Below, one piece after another: positions 40,032-49,579 of a stretch of 64,000 nt of DNA (positions within the stretch are counted from its first letter, which is position 1; each line of letters opens with the position of its first letter). A program made the translations under genes and the position numbers. The notes below the pieces were generated by a model. That model ran no database searches and was not told the DNA's origin. It saw only the letters and a program-made list of their open reading frames with translations. The DNA comes from Nannocystales bacterium (lineage in GTDB: Bacteria > Myxococcota_A > Polyangia > Nannocystales > Nannocystaceae): contig JBOEGF010000015.1 in the NCBI GenBank assembly GCA_050633305.1, positions 1 through 64,000 on the forward strand, read 5' to 3'.

Positions 40032-41234
40032 TCAAGCCTGCGGGTCGAGGCGAGCGAGACGGCCGACCCGAAACGCCGCCTCCATGAGCATGTCTCCAGC
40101 AATCGCAGCGCGAAGCATGAAGTGACCCGTCAGGGACCAAGCCGCGTCCTCAGGCAGCGTTTCTGCGGCCATGCAGGCGTGTAGGAATCGTCGCCGAATT
40201 GCCGGCCAGGCGTTGTAGACGAGCAGCTCCAGGAACATGACGACCAACACGGCGAGGGCCGTAAGACCCATGCGAGCGACGATTCCCCACGCACTCGAGA
40301 TGGACCCAGCCAACGAGATGTACGTCGACAACCCGCAGATGACGGCGAGGGCCATGAACGGAGTCGTCAACGGAGCCAGCACTCGACTCGGGCTCTGCTC
40401 GACCTGCAAGGGCAGCTCCTGCGTTCCCTCCTCCACGAGTTCCTCGTACCGCTGAAGGAGTTCGGCGAGATACGACGCCAGCGCCCGCCGACGCGACAAC
40501 GTCGCGGAGAGGAACCGCCAGGCCTCCGTGGGCTCGCTCCAGTACCAGGCCGCCAACGCACGGCCGAGCTCGATAGCCCGTGTTTCGTCCGCCAGCCCAG
40601 CCGAATGCACCACGAAGTCGCTGAACGCGGGAGGAACGTCCTCATGCGCCTCGAGATGCTCCCAGTCCGGACTCACCAACAGCAACAAGGCGACCTCCTC
40701 ATCCATCCAGCTGTGAACGAGTTCGGGATAGCGTGTCGTCAGGGCGTCGTAACCCGAACGGTTCGAGAGCACCGACACCTTCGACACCTGATGAGTGAGC
40801 CACCCCAACCGCCCATCCTCGTCGTCGATCATCGCGTTGGCCCATCGCTCCTCCATGACAAGGGCGAGGGCAGCCTCGACATCGCCCTGCACCAATGCAT
40901 GCTCTACCGCGTCGGGGTCCACGTCATGCTGGACGATGGTTTCGGGTCCACGGTCGGCGTCTGGCGGTTCCGTGTGGGGCAAGTCCAACGCCGGGGACCC
41001 TCGCTCCGGCGACTCGGCGGGGCCGGTTGCACGCCCCTCCTCGATCGACGCCAAGAAATCTCGCAGGCGAAGGTGCTCGCTCACCTCGGCGAACGCCTCA
41101 CGCAGCTGCTGAAACCCCTCGGGGTCCGAGTCGGGTTTGTGACGCTTGAGGAGCTTGTGATAGGCGCGCTTGATCGCCTTGGCATCCGCGTCCTCGGCCA
41201 CCCCGAGGAGCTCGACCGCTTCACTCAGTTTCAT
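40032..41234 (-). CDS. J-domain membrane protein (DjlB/DjlC-like HscC co-chaperone), paralog 2
   Basis: MKLSEAVELLG...IKRAYHKLLKRHKPDSDPEGFQQLREAF; two C-terminal TM helices; ATGA overlap with the upstream paralog. Confidence 0.85.
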   Translation of the reverse strand: MKLSEAVELLGVAEDADAKAIKRAYHKLLKRHKPDSDPEGFQQLREAFAEVSEHLRLRDFLASIEEGRATGPAESPERGSPALDLPHTEPPDADRGPETIVQHDVDPDAVEHALVQGDVEAALALVMEERWANAMIDDEDGRLGWLTHQVSKVSVLSNRSGYDALTTRYPELVHSWMDEEVALLLLVSPDWEHLEAHEDVPPAFSDFVVHSAGLADETRAIELGRALAAWYWSEPTEAWRFLSATLSRRRALASYLAELLQRYEELVEEGTQELPLQVEQSPSRVLAPLTTPFMALAVICGLSTYISLAGSISSAWGIVARMGLTALAVLVVMFLELLVYNAWPAIRRRFLHACMAAETLPEDAAWSLTGHFMLRAAIAGDMLMEAAFRVGRLARLDPQA

Positions 41235-42382
41235 GATCCACGTCCAAGCTGTGCGAGCCGCCCGATGTGGAATCCCAGCTCGAGTCCCTCGTCCTGTTCG
41301 ACTGTCCGGCGCAGGTAGAGGTGAACGCCAAACCCAGCAGCCGCGCGCGACGGTTCCAGCCCGGCCTCGATGCACGCCAACAGAAAGCGTCGGCGCAGGG
41401 ACGGCAACGCTTCATATACGGCGCCCTCTCCGTAGATGAAACCGAGGACGCCACCCACCCCAAGCATCCGCAAGATCGCCCAGATGCCTCCTCCAAACCT
41501 GCCAGCGAGGAGGAGGACAAGCGGGACTACGACGGCCAAGACCGTGGTCGGCCAAGTGAGCACACGGAGGGCTTTCGCTGGAGCGTCGCCAGTGGCGTGA
41601 GCCGCGAGTTCGGCGTCGAACTCGAGGGCCAGCTCGCACAAAAAAGGCGCCACGTCATCGCTGTAGAGCGCGACCGAGTCCATCAGACGAATGCCTCGGG
41701 CAACATCTCGCTCGAACCACTCTCCGAGTGCTCGAGCCAACACCCGGCGCTCCTCGGGAGCGTCCACCACAGGAGCACGTGTGGCAAACGCGACCAGGGC
41801 TGGCGGCAACTCGACCCGTCCCGCCAGCTTCAGCCACTCCCCGCTGACCCGCAGGAGGTAGACGAGCTGCTCGTCGCCACTGTCGAAAGCCTCCGGGTAT
41901 TTCGATGCCAACAGATCGAACGTCGGGCGGTGCTGCAGCACGAGAAGAAGCCCCAGTCGGCGTGTCGCCCAACGCAGCGCTTCATCGTGGTCCCCAAGCA
42001 TCGCGGCGCCCCAACGGTCGTCCATCACCAGCTCGAACGCCCATCGAAGCTCGTCACGATCGAGGGCGTCATGCACCACCGCCGGGTCCACGTTGGACCC
42101 CGGATCCTCGTCCGAGACTGGCGACGCTTGCTCGTCATAGCCGTGCTGCGCCCTCACCTCGCCGTCCCCCGAAGGCGGCATCGACTCTTCGAATCGGTCC
42201 TCGAAGGCTTGCAGCGCCGCCGCCTCACTCGCCGCCTCGAACGCGTCCCTCAGACGCCGAAACCCTTCGGGGTCGGAGTCCGGTTTGTGGTGCTTGAGCA
42301 GCTTGTGATACGCGCGCTTGACCGTTCGGGCATCTGCCCCCGGTGCGACCCGCAGGATTTCGAAAGCTTCGGACGCAGTCAT
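41231..42382 (-). CDS. J-domain membrane protein (DjlB/DjlC-like HscC co-chaperone), paralog 1
   Basis: EAFEILRV...VKRAYHKLLKHHKPDSDPEGFRRLRDAF; C-terminal TM pair. Confidence 0.85.
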   Translation of the reverse strand: MTASEAFEILRVAPGADARTVKRAYHKLLKHHKPDSDPEGFRRLRDAFEAASEAAALQAFEDRFEESMPPSGDGEVRAQHGYDEQASPVSDEDPGSNVDPAVVHDALDRDELRWAFELVMDDRWGAAMLGDHDEALRWATRRLGLLLVLQHRPTFDLLASKYPEAFDSGDEQLVYLLRVSGEWLKLAGRVELPPALVAFATRAPVVDAPEERRVLARALGEWFERDVARGIRLMDSVALYSDDVAPFLCELALEFDAELAAHATGDAPAKALRVLTWPTTVLAVVVPLVLLLAGRFGGGIWAILRMLGVGGVLGFIYGEGAVYEALPSLRRRFLLACIEAGLEPSRAAAGFGVHLYLRRTVEQDEGLELGFHIGRLAQLGRGS

Positions 42383-42383
42383 C

Positions 42384-44114
42384 TCAGTGCTGCTGAAGGC
42401 GCTCGATGATGACCAAGAGCTGTTCGCGGCGCTCTCGGATCAAGGTGGGGTCCTGCGCTTCGAGGCACGACTTGAACGAGCCGATCTGGTCCCCGAGCAA
42501 GGCGCGGCGCTCTCCGGTGAGGGTCGTGAACAGCGCCTCCGCTCGCTCGAGTGCGGCGACGTTCGGCAGGGCCTCGCGGGGGTGAAACTTCAGCGACTGC
42601 AGCAGAGTCTGAGCCCGGGACACTTCGGTCTGGGACATGCCGCGGCCAGATCGGTCCAGGACGAGCGTGTGCTTCTTGCCAGTCGAGAGGACGGTGTTTT
42701 CGACCTCCAACAGTCCGTTGAGGTCGTAGGAGAAGCGCACCTCGATCTGTTCGGTTCCCGCGGGACCCGAAGGGATCCCCTTGATCTTGTACTCGCCGAT
42801 CTTGGTGTTGTGCTCACACAGAGCGTGCTCGCCCTGGTAGACGCCAAACTCGACTGTCCGCTGGTTGTCGTCCATCGTGCTGAAGACGTGAGATCGGCTG
42901 GCGGGCAAGACCGTGCCGCGCTCCACAATCGCGGCGAACATCCCATTGACCCGGTGTCGTCCATGCTCAGTGCTGTGGTCCACACCAAGGCTGAACGGAG
43001 CGATGTCAGTGACCACCAAGTCTTCGACCTGTGCGTCGTCGGCTTTCAGCGCGGCTTGTACCGCCGCTCCCATGGCGACGGCCTCGTCGGGGGAAAGCAC
43101 GCGAGTCCCTTCCTTGTTGAACACAGTCGCGACCAACTCATCGATGAGCGGCATCCGGGTTGCGCCGCCGACCAGCAGCACCTGATCAACCGCGCTTCGC
43201 ATCCAGCCGGCGTCCTTGAGCGCCTGCCGAATCGGAGTCTGCATCCGGCTCACCAGCGGTGCCCACCACTGATGGACCTGCTCCCGCGTCACGTCGACCG
43301 TGTATGTCTTGGCCGAGGGGCCTACACCGGCGACCACAACCGACGCTCGTTCGGCGGAGGACAGTGCGCGCTTGGCACGTTCGCAGGCCACACGAAGTTT
43401 TGCAGAGAGGTCCGCAGCGCGGCTCAAGTCAACGCCCTCGATTTCGAGAATCCGCGCGCCGCAGTGCGTCATCATCACCTCGACGAAGTCCTCTCCTCCC
43501 AACCGAGCATCGCCCGCTGAGGACAGGATCTCGATCACACCATCGGTGACCTCCAGCACGGAGACGTCAAAGGTGCCTCCACCGAGATCAAGCACCACGA
43601 GCTTGGCCTCGCTCTGTGGGTTCCCGAACCCGTAGGCCAGCGCTGCGGCCGTGGGCTCGTTGATGATTCGCTCGACGTGCAGGCCGGCGATCTCACACGC
43701 GGCCTGGGTGGCGCGGCGTTGGTCCTCCCCGAAGTAGGCGGGCACCGTCACCACGGCCTCGAGTACGGATAGCCCAAGGTGGTCCTCGACCCCCTGTCGT
43801 AGATCGGCGAGCACCAGCGCGGACAGAGCCTCGGAGCGCATCGACTTGTTCGCGAGCGTCCAACTCCTCTCCGTTCCCATGTCCCGCTTGAAGTTGCACA
43901 CGGTCTCACCCGGGTGGGTGAGTTCTCGAGCCTTGGCCGGCGCACCCACGAGAGTGCGTCCCTCGTGGTCCACCGAGACCGCGCTTGGCGTGAGCCGCTC
44001 GCCAAGCAGGTTGGGAATGATGATGGCTTGTCCGTCCATCAACACCGCCGCGAGCGAGTGCGTCGTGCCCAGATCGATACCAATGCGAACGCCCGCATCC
44101 TTGCGTCGTGTCAC
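42384..44114 (-). CDS. hscC: Specialised Hsp70 chaperone HscC (Hsc62)
   Basis: GIDLGTT, TVPAYF, INEPTAAA, DLGGGTFD, LVGGATRMP; 576 aa with short C-terminus (KFHPRE); next to Djl-type J genes. Confidence 0.85.
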   Translation of the reverse strand: MTRRKDAGVRIGIDLGTTHSLAAVLMDGQAIIIPNLLGERLTPSAVSVDHEGRTLVGAPAKARELTHPGETVCNFKRDMGTERSWTLANKSMRSEALSALVLADLRQGVEDHLGLSVLEAVVTVPAYFGEDQRRATQAACEIAGLHVERIINEPTAAALAYGFGNPQSEAKLVVLDLGGGTFDVSVLEVTDGVIEILSSAGDARLGGEDFVEVMMTHCGARILEIEGVDLSRAADLSAKLRVACERAKRALSSAERASVVVAGVGPSAKTYTVDVTREQVHQWWAPLVSRMQTPIRQALKDAGWMRSAVDQVLLVGGATRMPLIDELVATVFNKEGTRVLSPDEAVAMGAAVQAALKADDAQVEDLVVTDIAPFSLGVDHSTEHGRHRVNGMFAAIVERGTVLPASRSHVFSTMDDNQRTVEFGVYQGEHALCEHNTKIGEYKIKGIPSGPAGTEQIEVRFSYDLNGLLEVENTVLSTGKKHTLVLDRSGRGMSQTEVSRAQTLLQSLKFHPREALPNVAALERAEALFTTLTGERRALLGDQIGSFKSCLEAQDPTLIRERREQLLVIIERLQQH

Positions 44115-44215
44115 CTGGAGAGTATAGGCGGTGTCGGAGTCATGTGCCGGCGGCCTTTGGGCTGGCGGGCAGTCGACGCTCGGAAGGCAACGAGCAATGG
44201 GCTACGCTCGAACGC

Positions 44216-44471
44216 ATGAGGCTCCGCGGGCTCTTGATGGCGTTCCTGTTTGTCGTCGCCGTCGGCGTGCTGGCGTGGCTCACCGGCGACGCCGGCCCGT
44301 GGGGATAGGCGGCGGTGCCTGGGGCGAATCAAGGCTGCTCGGGCGTCGTACGAACAGGCCGTCCGGGTCCTCGAACAGTCGGGCAATCCGAAAGAGGAGG
44401 GTTTGGTTCGGGCTCGAGCGAACCTTGCCCGACTCGCGGAAGACGACCGCTCGACCCCCACGCCCGAGTAG
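44216..44471 (+). pseudogene. Collapsed remnant: signal-anchor N-terminus plus out-of-frame TPR C-terminus
   Basis: MRLRGLLMAFLFVVAVGVLAWL..* (44216-44308), then in another frame ARASYEQAVRVLEQSG...ARANLARL (to 44471). Confidence 0.4.
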
Positions 44472-44500
44472 GGCTGCCAAACGCTTGGCGGTCGCGGGCC

Positions 44501-45400
44501 CTACGACTCGCCCAGGGCTCGCCCCATCTTGAGGTAGGTCTCAATCCCCATCTCGGTGTTCTCCACGATCGCCGGATCGATGCTCCAGCGTCCCTTCTCT
44601 CCGATGACGATCACCGTCGATCCACCGAAGAGGAACATGCCCTTCTCGTCGCCACGCGAGAACTGCTTGCCCTGGTACGTCTGCTTGATCTTGCCGACAC
44701 AGGTGGCTCCGACCTCGATGAACGCGAGCTTGCCGAACCGTTTCGTCTCCAAGATCGTCACCTCGCGCTCATTGAGCATGAAGATGTCTTGGCGAAACGC
44801 GAGCGCCCAAGGGTTGACGGAGTGGAGCGCTCCGGGGATCCGCCACGACGCCAGCACCTCCCCATCGTCGGGGAAATGGAAACGGTGGTAGTCGACCGGG
44901 CACAGCCGCGCGATGAAGCCCGGGCCGTCTTCGAAGTGGGACTGCCACTCTTCGTTTCGCAGCAACGCGCTCGCTTTGAAGAACGCCCCCTTCACCGGGA
45001 TGCTCACCGCATCGTTGAGCTCGTTGTAGGCGAAGTAGCGCGCGTCACAAGGTGCTGGGAAGCGTGCTCCATCCGCGAACGGACGAGCCGCATCGGTGAC
45101 TCGCCGGGTAAAGAACTGGTTGAACGTGGAGTACGGCGACGCGGCGGTCCGGCCCTCTTCAGGAAGGAAGTCGTCCATCTGGATATCGAACTGCTTGACG
45201 AATGGACCGACCTTGCGGCTGGAGGCCGGCCTGTCTTGGAGCCACCCATAGAACCGACTGACGGGAGGCGCCGCGACGAGCGTGGAGAACAGCCGTCCGA
45301 GCCAGGTCCCGTAGAGCAGCTTGACCCAGAATCCGCCGTAGACCGCCTCCTCGTGCACGGCGCCCGTATCGAGATCTGTGTATCGGATCGGTTCGACCAC
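44501..45400 (-). CDS. psd: Phosphatidylserine decarboxylase proenzyme
   Basis: FNQFFTR, RLCPVDYHRFHFP, EVGAT.VG.I, FGGST self-cleavage motif. Confidence 0.93.
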   Translation of the reverse strand: MVEPIRYTDLDTGAVHEEAVYGGFWVKLLYGTWLGRLFSTLVAAPPVSRFYGWLQDRPASSRKVGPFVKQFDIQMDDFLPEEGRTAASPYSTFNQFFTRRVTDAARPFADGARFPAPCDARYFAYNELNDAVSIPVKGAFFKASALLRNEEWQSHFEDGPGFIARLCPVDYHRFHFPDDGEVLASWRIPGALHSVNPWALAFRQDIFMLNEREVTILETKRFGKLAFIEVGATCVGKIKQTYQGKQFSRGDEKGMFLFGGSTVIVIGEKGRWSIDPAIVENTEMGIETYLKMGRALGES

Positions 45401-45595
45401 GCGCGCACGATGCCAGCTGCACAGCGCACGTCAAGAACGGCAAGACGGTGCCGCGCGAGTGCCCAGCCCCGTGCTTCACCGCCTGTTCTTCGGTGGGTGC
45501 CGGGTGCGCGACCGGGTTTCGCGGAGCACCGGACGAACCCCGCGCTTCCGAACCGGTCCTCGCGGGTCGGCGCCCATCTCTCGCGGAGGGCCCTG

Positions 45596-46072
45596 CTAGA
45601 GGCTGGGCCTTGGGGGGCTCGAGGCCAAGGTCTTACGCTTGAGCCGTATGTACGGGTCGAGCGTCCATACGCCGTCGTCGAGCGACCATCCATCCGGGTT
45701 CGAGATCGCGTTCGAAGACCCGTCGAGCTTCGCCTGGACGATGAACTGGACATCTTGTTGTTTGCAGAACTCTTCGAAGTCGATCAGAGGCGATGTCGCC
45801 GTCGTGTTGCCATTCGAAAGGTCCCATTTGACCGACGCACTGTAGACAGACACGATCTCGATACCGTCATACGCGGTGAGCGTAGCCTGGTAGGTACCGC
45901 CGTCGGTGACCTGGTCTTCCACAACGTCATAGCCGCCCTTCTTGATACTGTTATCGCGATCGTCTCGGAGCTGCGGCTGGACATACGAGCCGCCGGAACC
46001 AGAGTCATACACAGTCACCTTATGCAGAGTGAGCTGAGGGGCATTGGTGGTGTTTCTGTTCGGTGTTGTCAT
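45596..46072 (-). CDS. Hypothetical beta-rich cytoplasmic protein
   Basis: AAAGGA RBS upstream of MTTPN; visibly more A/T than the flanks; ends WTLDPYIRLK. Confidence 0.7.
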   Translation of the reverse strand: MTTPNRNTTNAPQLTLHKVTVYDSGSGGSYVQPQLRDDRDNSIKKGGYDVVEDQVTDGGTYQATLTAYDGIEIVSVYSASVKWDLSNGNTTATSPLIDFEEFCKQQDVQFIVQAKLDGSSNAISNPDGWSLDDGVWTLDPYIRLKRKTLASSPPRPSL

Positions 46073-46480
46073 CGCATTGTTTCCTTTCATGCCGGGGCTG
46101 ACGCGTTCTTCAGAGGGGTCCCCTTCGCGGCCAAGACCACGAGTTCGCTCCGAGCGGCAGCTGACTGGGGCTGCGGAGCCCCACCACGGGGTCAGTCCAC
46201 CGGTCTCGCGACATTCCCCGGGGCGAGGCACCGAGTCCGGGGGACCGTCCTGGGCGCGAGCACAACCCCGAAGCCCGGCGGCAGCTCGCAGAGATCACCG
46301 CGAAGGCGGTTTTTCTTCGTCACTGCTGTGCCCGTCCGGGCGGCGCGCCGAGCAGAACGAGCACAGCGACGCAGAATCCACGGCCACCGCGGCCACGTGC
46401 CCTTGCGAAGGCACGCTCGGTCCTGTCACCTTCTCCCACGAGTTCCGCCGCCCGGATGGTTCTCGCGACCCCCGACGCCG

Positions 46481-48850
46481 ATGAATCTGGTACTCACCGA
46501 AAAGCCCTCCGTGGCTCGCGAGCTCGCCGCGTACCTCGGCGCCACCTCCCGGCGGGACGGCTACTTCGAAGGCAAGGGCTACCAAGTCACCTGGGCGCTC
46601 GGTCACCTCGTCGGCTTGTGCGAGCCCCACGAGTACGACCCTGCTCTTCGGCGCTGGACCCTCCAGACGCTGCCGATTGTCCCCAAGCCGTTCAAGCTCG
46701 CGCTCACCGGAGATGCCCGCTCCAAGGCGCAGTACAAGATTGTCGCCTCCCTCTTGCGCAAGTCGACCGCGGTCATCTGCGCGACAGATGCTGGACGGGA
46801 GGGAGAGCTGATCTTCCGCAACATCGCCCAGAAGAGTCGCTGCACCAGCAAGCCCACCCAGCGCCTGTGGCTCAGCTCGCTGACGCCCTCCGCGATCGCC
46901 TCCGCGTTCTCCAACCTCAGGCCAGCCAAAGCCTACGAACACCTGGCAGCCGCGGCACGGTGTCGGAGCCAGGCGGACTGGCTCGTCGGCCTCAACGCGA
47001 CGCGTAACTACACCGTGCGGCACGGAGAGGCCGGACTGCTGTGGAGTGTGGGACGGGTCCAGACCCCGGTCCTCGCTCTCATCGCGGAACGTGACGACGA
47101 GATCATCGAGTTCGTCCCGGTCCCATGGTTCGAGCTGCGCACCCAGTACCGCGAGGCGTTGTTCATCAGCACCGGCAAACGGTTCGAGACCCAAGCGGCC
47201 GCGGATGAGGTCGCAAAGCGCATCGCCACCGAGCCGCTAGTCATCGATGATGTCAAGACGCGAACGCAGCACGTCAAGCCGCCGCAGCTCTACGACCTCA
47301 CCACGCTGCAACGGGACATGAACGTGCGCTACGGGATGTCGGCCGCTCAGACGCTGAGCCAGGTGCAGAAGCTCTACGAGAGCAAGTCCATCACCTACCC
47401 TCGCACCGACTCTCGCCATCTTCCGGTGAGCATGAAGAAGGAGATGCCTGGACTGCTGACGGCCCTGGGCAAGACCTACGCCGAGGCCGTGGGCGGACTG
47501 GACCGATCTCGGCTTCGGATGACGTCGCGGAGCTTCGACGACTCGAAGATCACCGATCACCACGCGATCATTCCCACCACGCGGCCGGGTCCGGGCAACA
47601 GCCGGGTCTACGACGCGATCGCGCTGCGAACCATCGCCTCGTTCTACCCCGACTGCGAGAAGGCACTCACCACGGTCGAGGCCCACGCAGCAGACGTCCG
47701 GTTGCGCGCCAAGGGCGTTCGCGTGGTGAAGCCGGGGTTCACGGCGGTCCTGCCCGGCCCCAAATCCAAGACCGAGCAGCTCCTCCCCGCGTTCGTCCGC
47801 GGTGAGCAGGGGCCGCACAAGCCCGAGGTTCACGCGGGGAAGACCCAGCCTCCAAAGCACTTCACCGACAACTCGCTACTCGGCGCGATGGAAACCGCGG
47901 GCAAGCTGGTCGACGACGAGCAACTCAAGGAAGCACTCAAGGCCCGGGGTCTGGGAACTCCGGCGACACGGGCATCGATCATCGAAACCCTCCTACGGCG
48001 CGACTACATTCGCCGAGAGGACAAGGCCCTGCGGGCGACGGATCTGGGCCGGTACCTCGTCGCGCTGTTGCGGGACCCGATCCTCAAGTCTGCCGAGCTC
48101 ACGGGCGATTGGGAGGCGAAGCTCAAAGAGATCGAACTCGGCCGGCTCAAGCCCGACACGTTCATGGCCGAGATCGAGGCCTTCACCCGGTCGTTGGTCA
48201 GCGCGAGTGACTCCCGCCCCGTTCTTGCCGACCGCCTCGGCCCTTGCCCACGATGCTCTGCTCCAGTCATCGAGGGGAAACGCGGCTTCGGGTGCAGCCG
48301 ATGGCAGGCGGGTTGTCGGTATGTGTTGTGGAAGGCATTCGAAGGCACCGTGATCGAGCCGGACATGGCCCGAGAGCTGCTGCAACACCGAATGCTCGCG
48401 TCGCCGGTCGAGGTCGGCGGAGAACGCAAGCAGCTTTGCCTCACCCGGGCGGGCACAGTCCGAGCGCTGGCGGTTCCCACCGCGGGGTCGCAGACCGGTC
48501 GACCCAAACGAGGGACAGCTGGGGACCGGGGCAAGCAACGCAGCAGCAGCCAACGCAAGAGGTCTGGCCCGGGCAGGCAGGCGCCGTCAGGGGAGTCCCA
48601 AGGAGCTTGTCCGACCTGTGGCAAGCCCGTCATCGAAAAGCCCAAGTCATACTCCTGCAGCGGCTGGCGCGAAGGCTGTACCTTCGTGATCTGGAAGACC
48701 ATGTCGGGCAAGCGGATCTCCCCGGCGATGGTCGCGAAGCTCCTCAAGAGCGGCCGCACGCAGGTGCTCAAGGGCTTCGTGTCCAAGGCCAAAAAGAAGT
48801 TCGACGCTCGGCTGCGAGTGCAGGACGGAAAGGTGGGTTTCGAATTCTGA
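46481..48850 (+). CDS. topB: DNA topoisomerase III with C-terminal zinc ribbons
   Basis: TEKPSVA, ATDAGREGELIF, GRVQTP, ITYPRTDS (catalytic Tyr), GLGTPATRA; two CPxC...C..W..GC repeats. Confidence 0.95.
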   Translation: MNLVLTEKPSVARELAAYLGATSRRDGYFEGKGYQVTWALGHLVGLCEPHEYDPALRRWTLQTLPIVPKPFKLALTGDARSKAQYKIVASLLRKSTAVICATDAGREGELIFRNIAQKSRCTSKPTQRLWLSSLTPSAIASAFSNLRPAKAYEHLAAAARCRSQADWLVGLNATRNYTVRHGEAGLLWSVGRVQTPVLALIAERDDEIIEFVPVPWFELRTQYREALFISTGKRFETQAAADEVAKRIATEPLVIDDVKTRTQHVKPPQLYDLTTLQRDMNVRYGMSAAQTLSQVQKLYESKSITYPRTDSRHLPVSMKKEMPGLLTALGKTYAEAVGGLDRSRLRMTSRSFDDSKITDHHAIIPTTRPGPGNSRVYDAIALRTIASFYPDCEKALTTVEAHAADVRLRAKGVRVVKPGFTAVLPGPKSKTEQLLPAFVRGEQGPHKPEVHAGKTQPPKHFTDNSLLGAMETAGKLVDDEQLKEALKARGLGTPATRASIIETLLRRDYIRREDKALRATDLGRYLVALLRDPILKSAELTGDWEAKLKEIELGRLKPDTFMAEIEAFTRSLVSASDSRPVLADRLGPCPRCSAPVIEGKRGFGCSRWQAGCRYVLWKAFEGTVIEPDMARELLQHRMLASPVEVGGERKQLCLTRAGTVRALAVPTAGSQTGRPKRGTAGDRGKQRSSSQRKRSGPGRQAPSGESQGACPTCGKPVIEKPKSYSCSGWREGCTFVIWKTMSGKRISPAMVAKLLKSGRTQVLKGFVSKAKKKFDARLRVQDGKVGFEF

Positions 48851-48931
48851 GTCCGCCACGCGAGTCTGCAGGGTGACGCCCACTCCGGCCGAGAAGTTGA
48901 CCGTTTGGGGCGGCCGGTCTAATTCCGGAGC

Positions 48932-49579
48932 GTGGCCAAGCTTCACACCATCGCCTGCCTCGGTCTGCTCGCGCTCTACGGTTGCGACGACAAGGCCCCC
49001 GCCACGGAAGCCTCCGACGCCACAAAGCCGACTCCGGCCGCGGCCCAAAAGGCAGATGCTCCCAGCGCCACGGTCAAAGCGTCGTTCGACGCAGACAACG
49101 CCTTCGAGAACCCCGGAGGGCAGCTCAGCCTGGGGAAAGCGTCGCTTTCGTTGACGCTGCGCGCCGAACTCAAGGCCCCGATCAAGCTTTCGGCGGCGTA
49201 CCCGAAAGACGAGAAGCACGCGAGCTTCGAGTACAAGGCGAAAGACGGCAAGGTCGTGATCGATGGGCACGAGTTCGAAACCAAGCTCGAGTCCAGCTCG
49301 ATGACACCGAGCCGGGAAGCGTTCGTCATCCCGATCGACGCGCCTGACCTGGATCGTTCCGGGAGCCCAAACGTGCCGAACATCGTGTTTTGGTCGCTCG
49401 AGATCCCCGCGCAAAAAGCCGCGGACCTCAAGGCGAGCTGTGGCAAGCAAGTGGAGGTCAAGGGCACTGCCACGCTCACGTCCCCACATGTCGCGGCGCT
49501 CAGCGACCTCATCGTCTACGACGGCGACAAGGAGATCCCCGTGGAGGTCAGCGCCAAGCTTGACCTCGACTGCGGGTGA
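48932..49579 (+). CDS. Hypothetical lipoprotein
   Basis: GGAG RBS; LYG-C lipobox. Confidence 0.78.
   Translation: MAKLHTIACLGLLALYGCDDKAPATEASDATKPTPAAAQKADAPSATVKASFDADNAFENPGGQLSLGKASLSLTLRAELKAPIKLSAAYPKDEKHASFEYKAKDGKVVIDGHEFETKLESSSMTPSREAFVIPIDAPDLDRSGSPNVPNIVFWSLEIPAQKAADLKASCGKQVEVKGTATLTSPHVAALSDLIVYDGDKEIPVEVSAKLDLDCG

Noticed and set aside
44315..46480. N-terminal 720 aa of the 1511-aa ORF as a topoisomerase fusion
   Set aside because: Antisense to psd and the 45596 gene; TopB similarity starts at ATG 46481.
46481..48850. topB as a marker of an ICE or plasmid
   Set aside because: No integrase, relaxase, T4SS genes or att repeats nearby.
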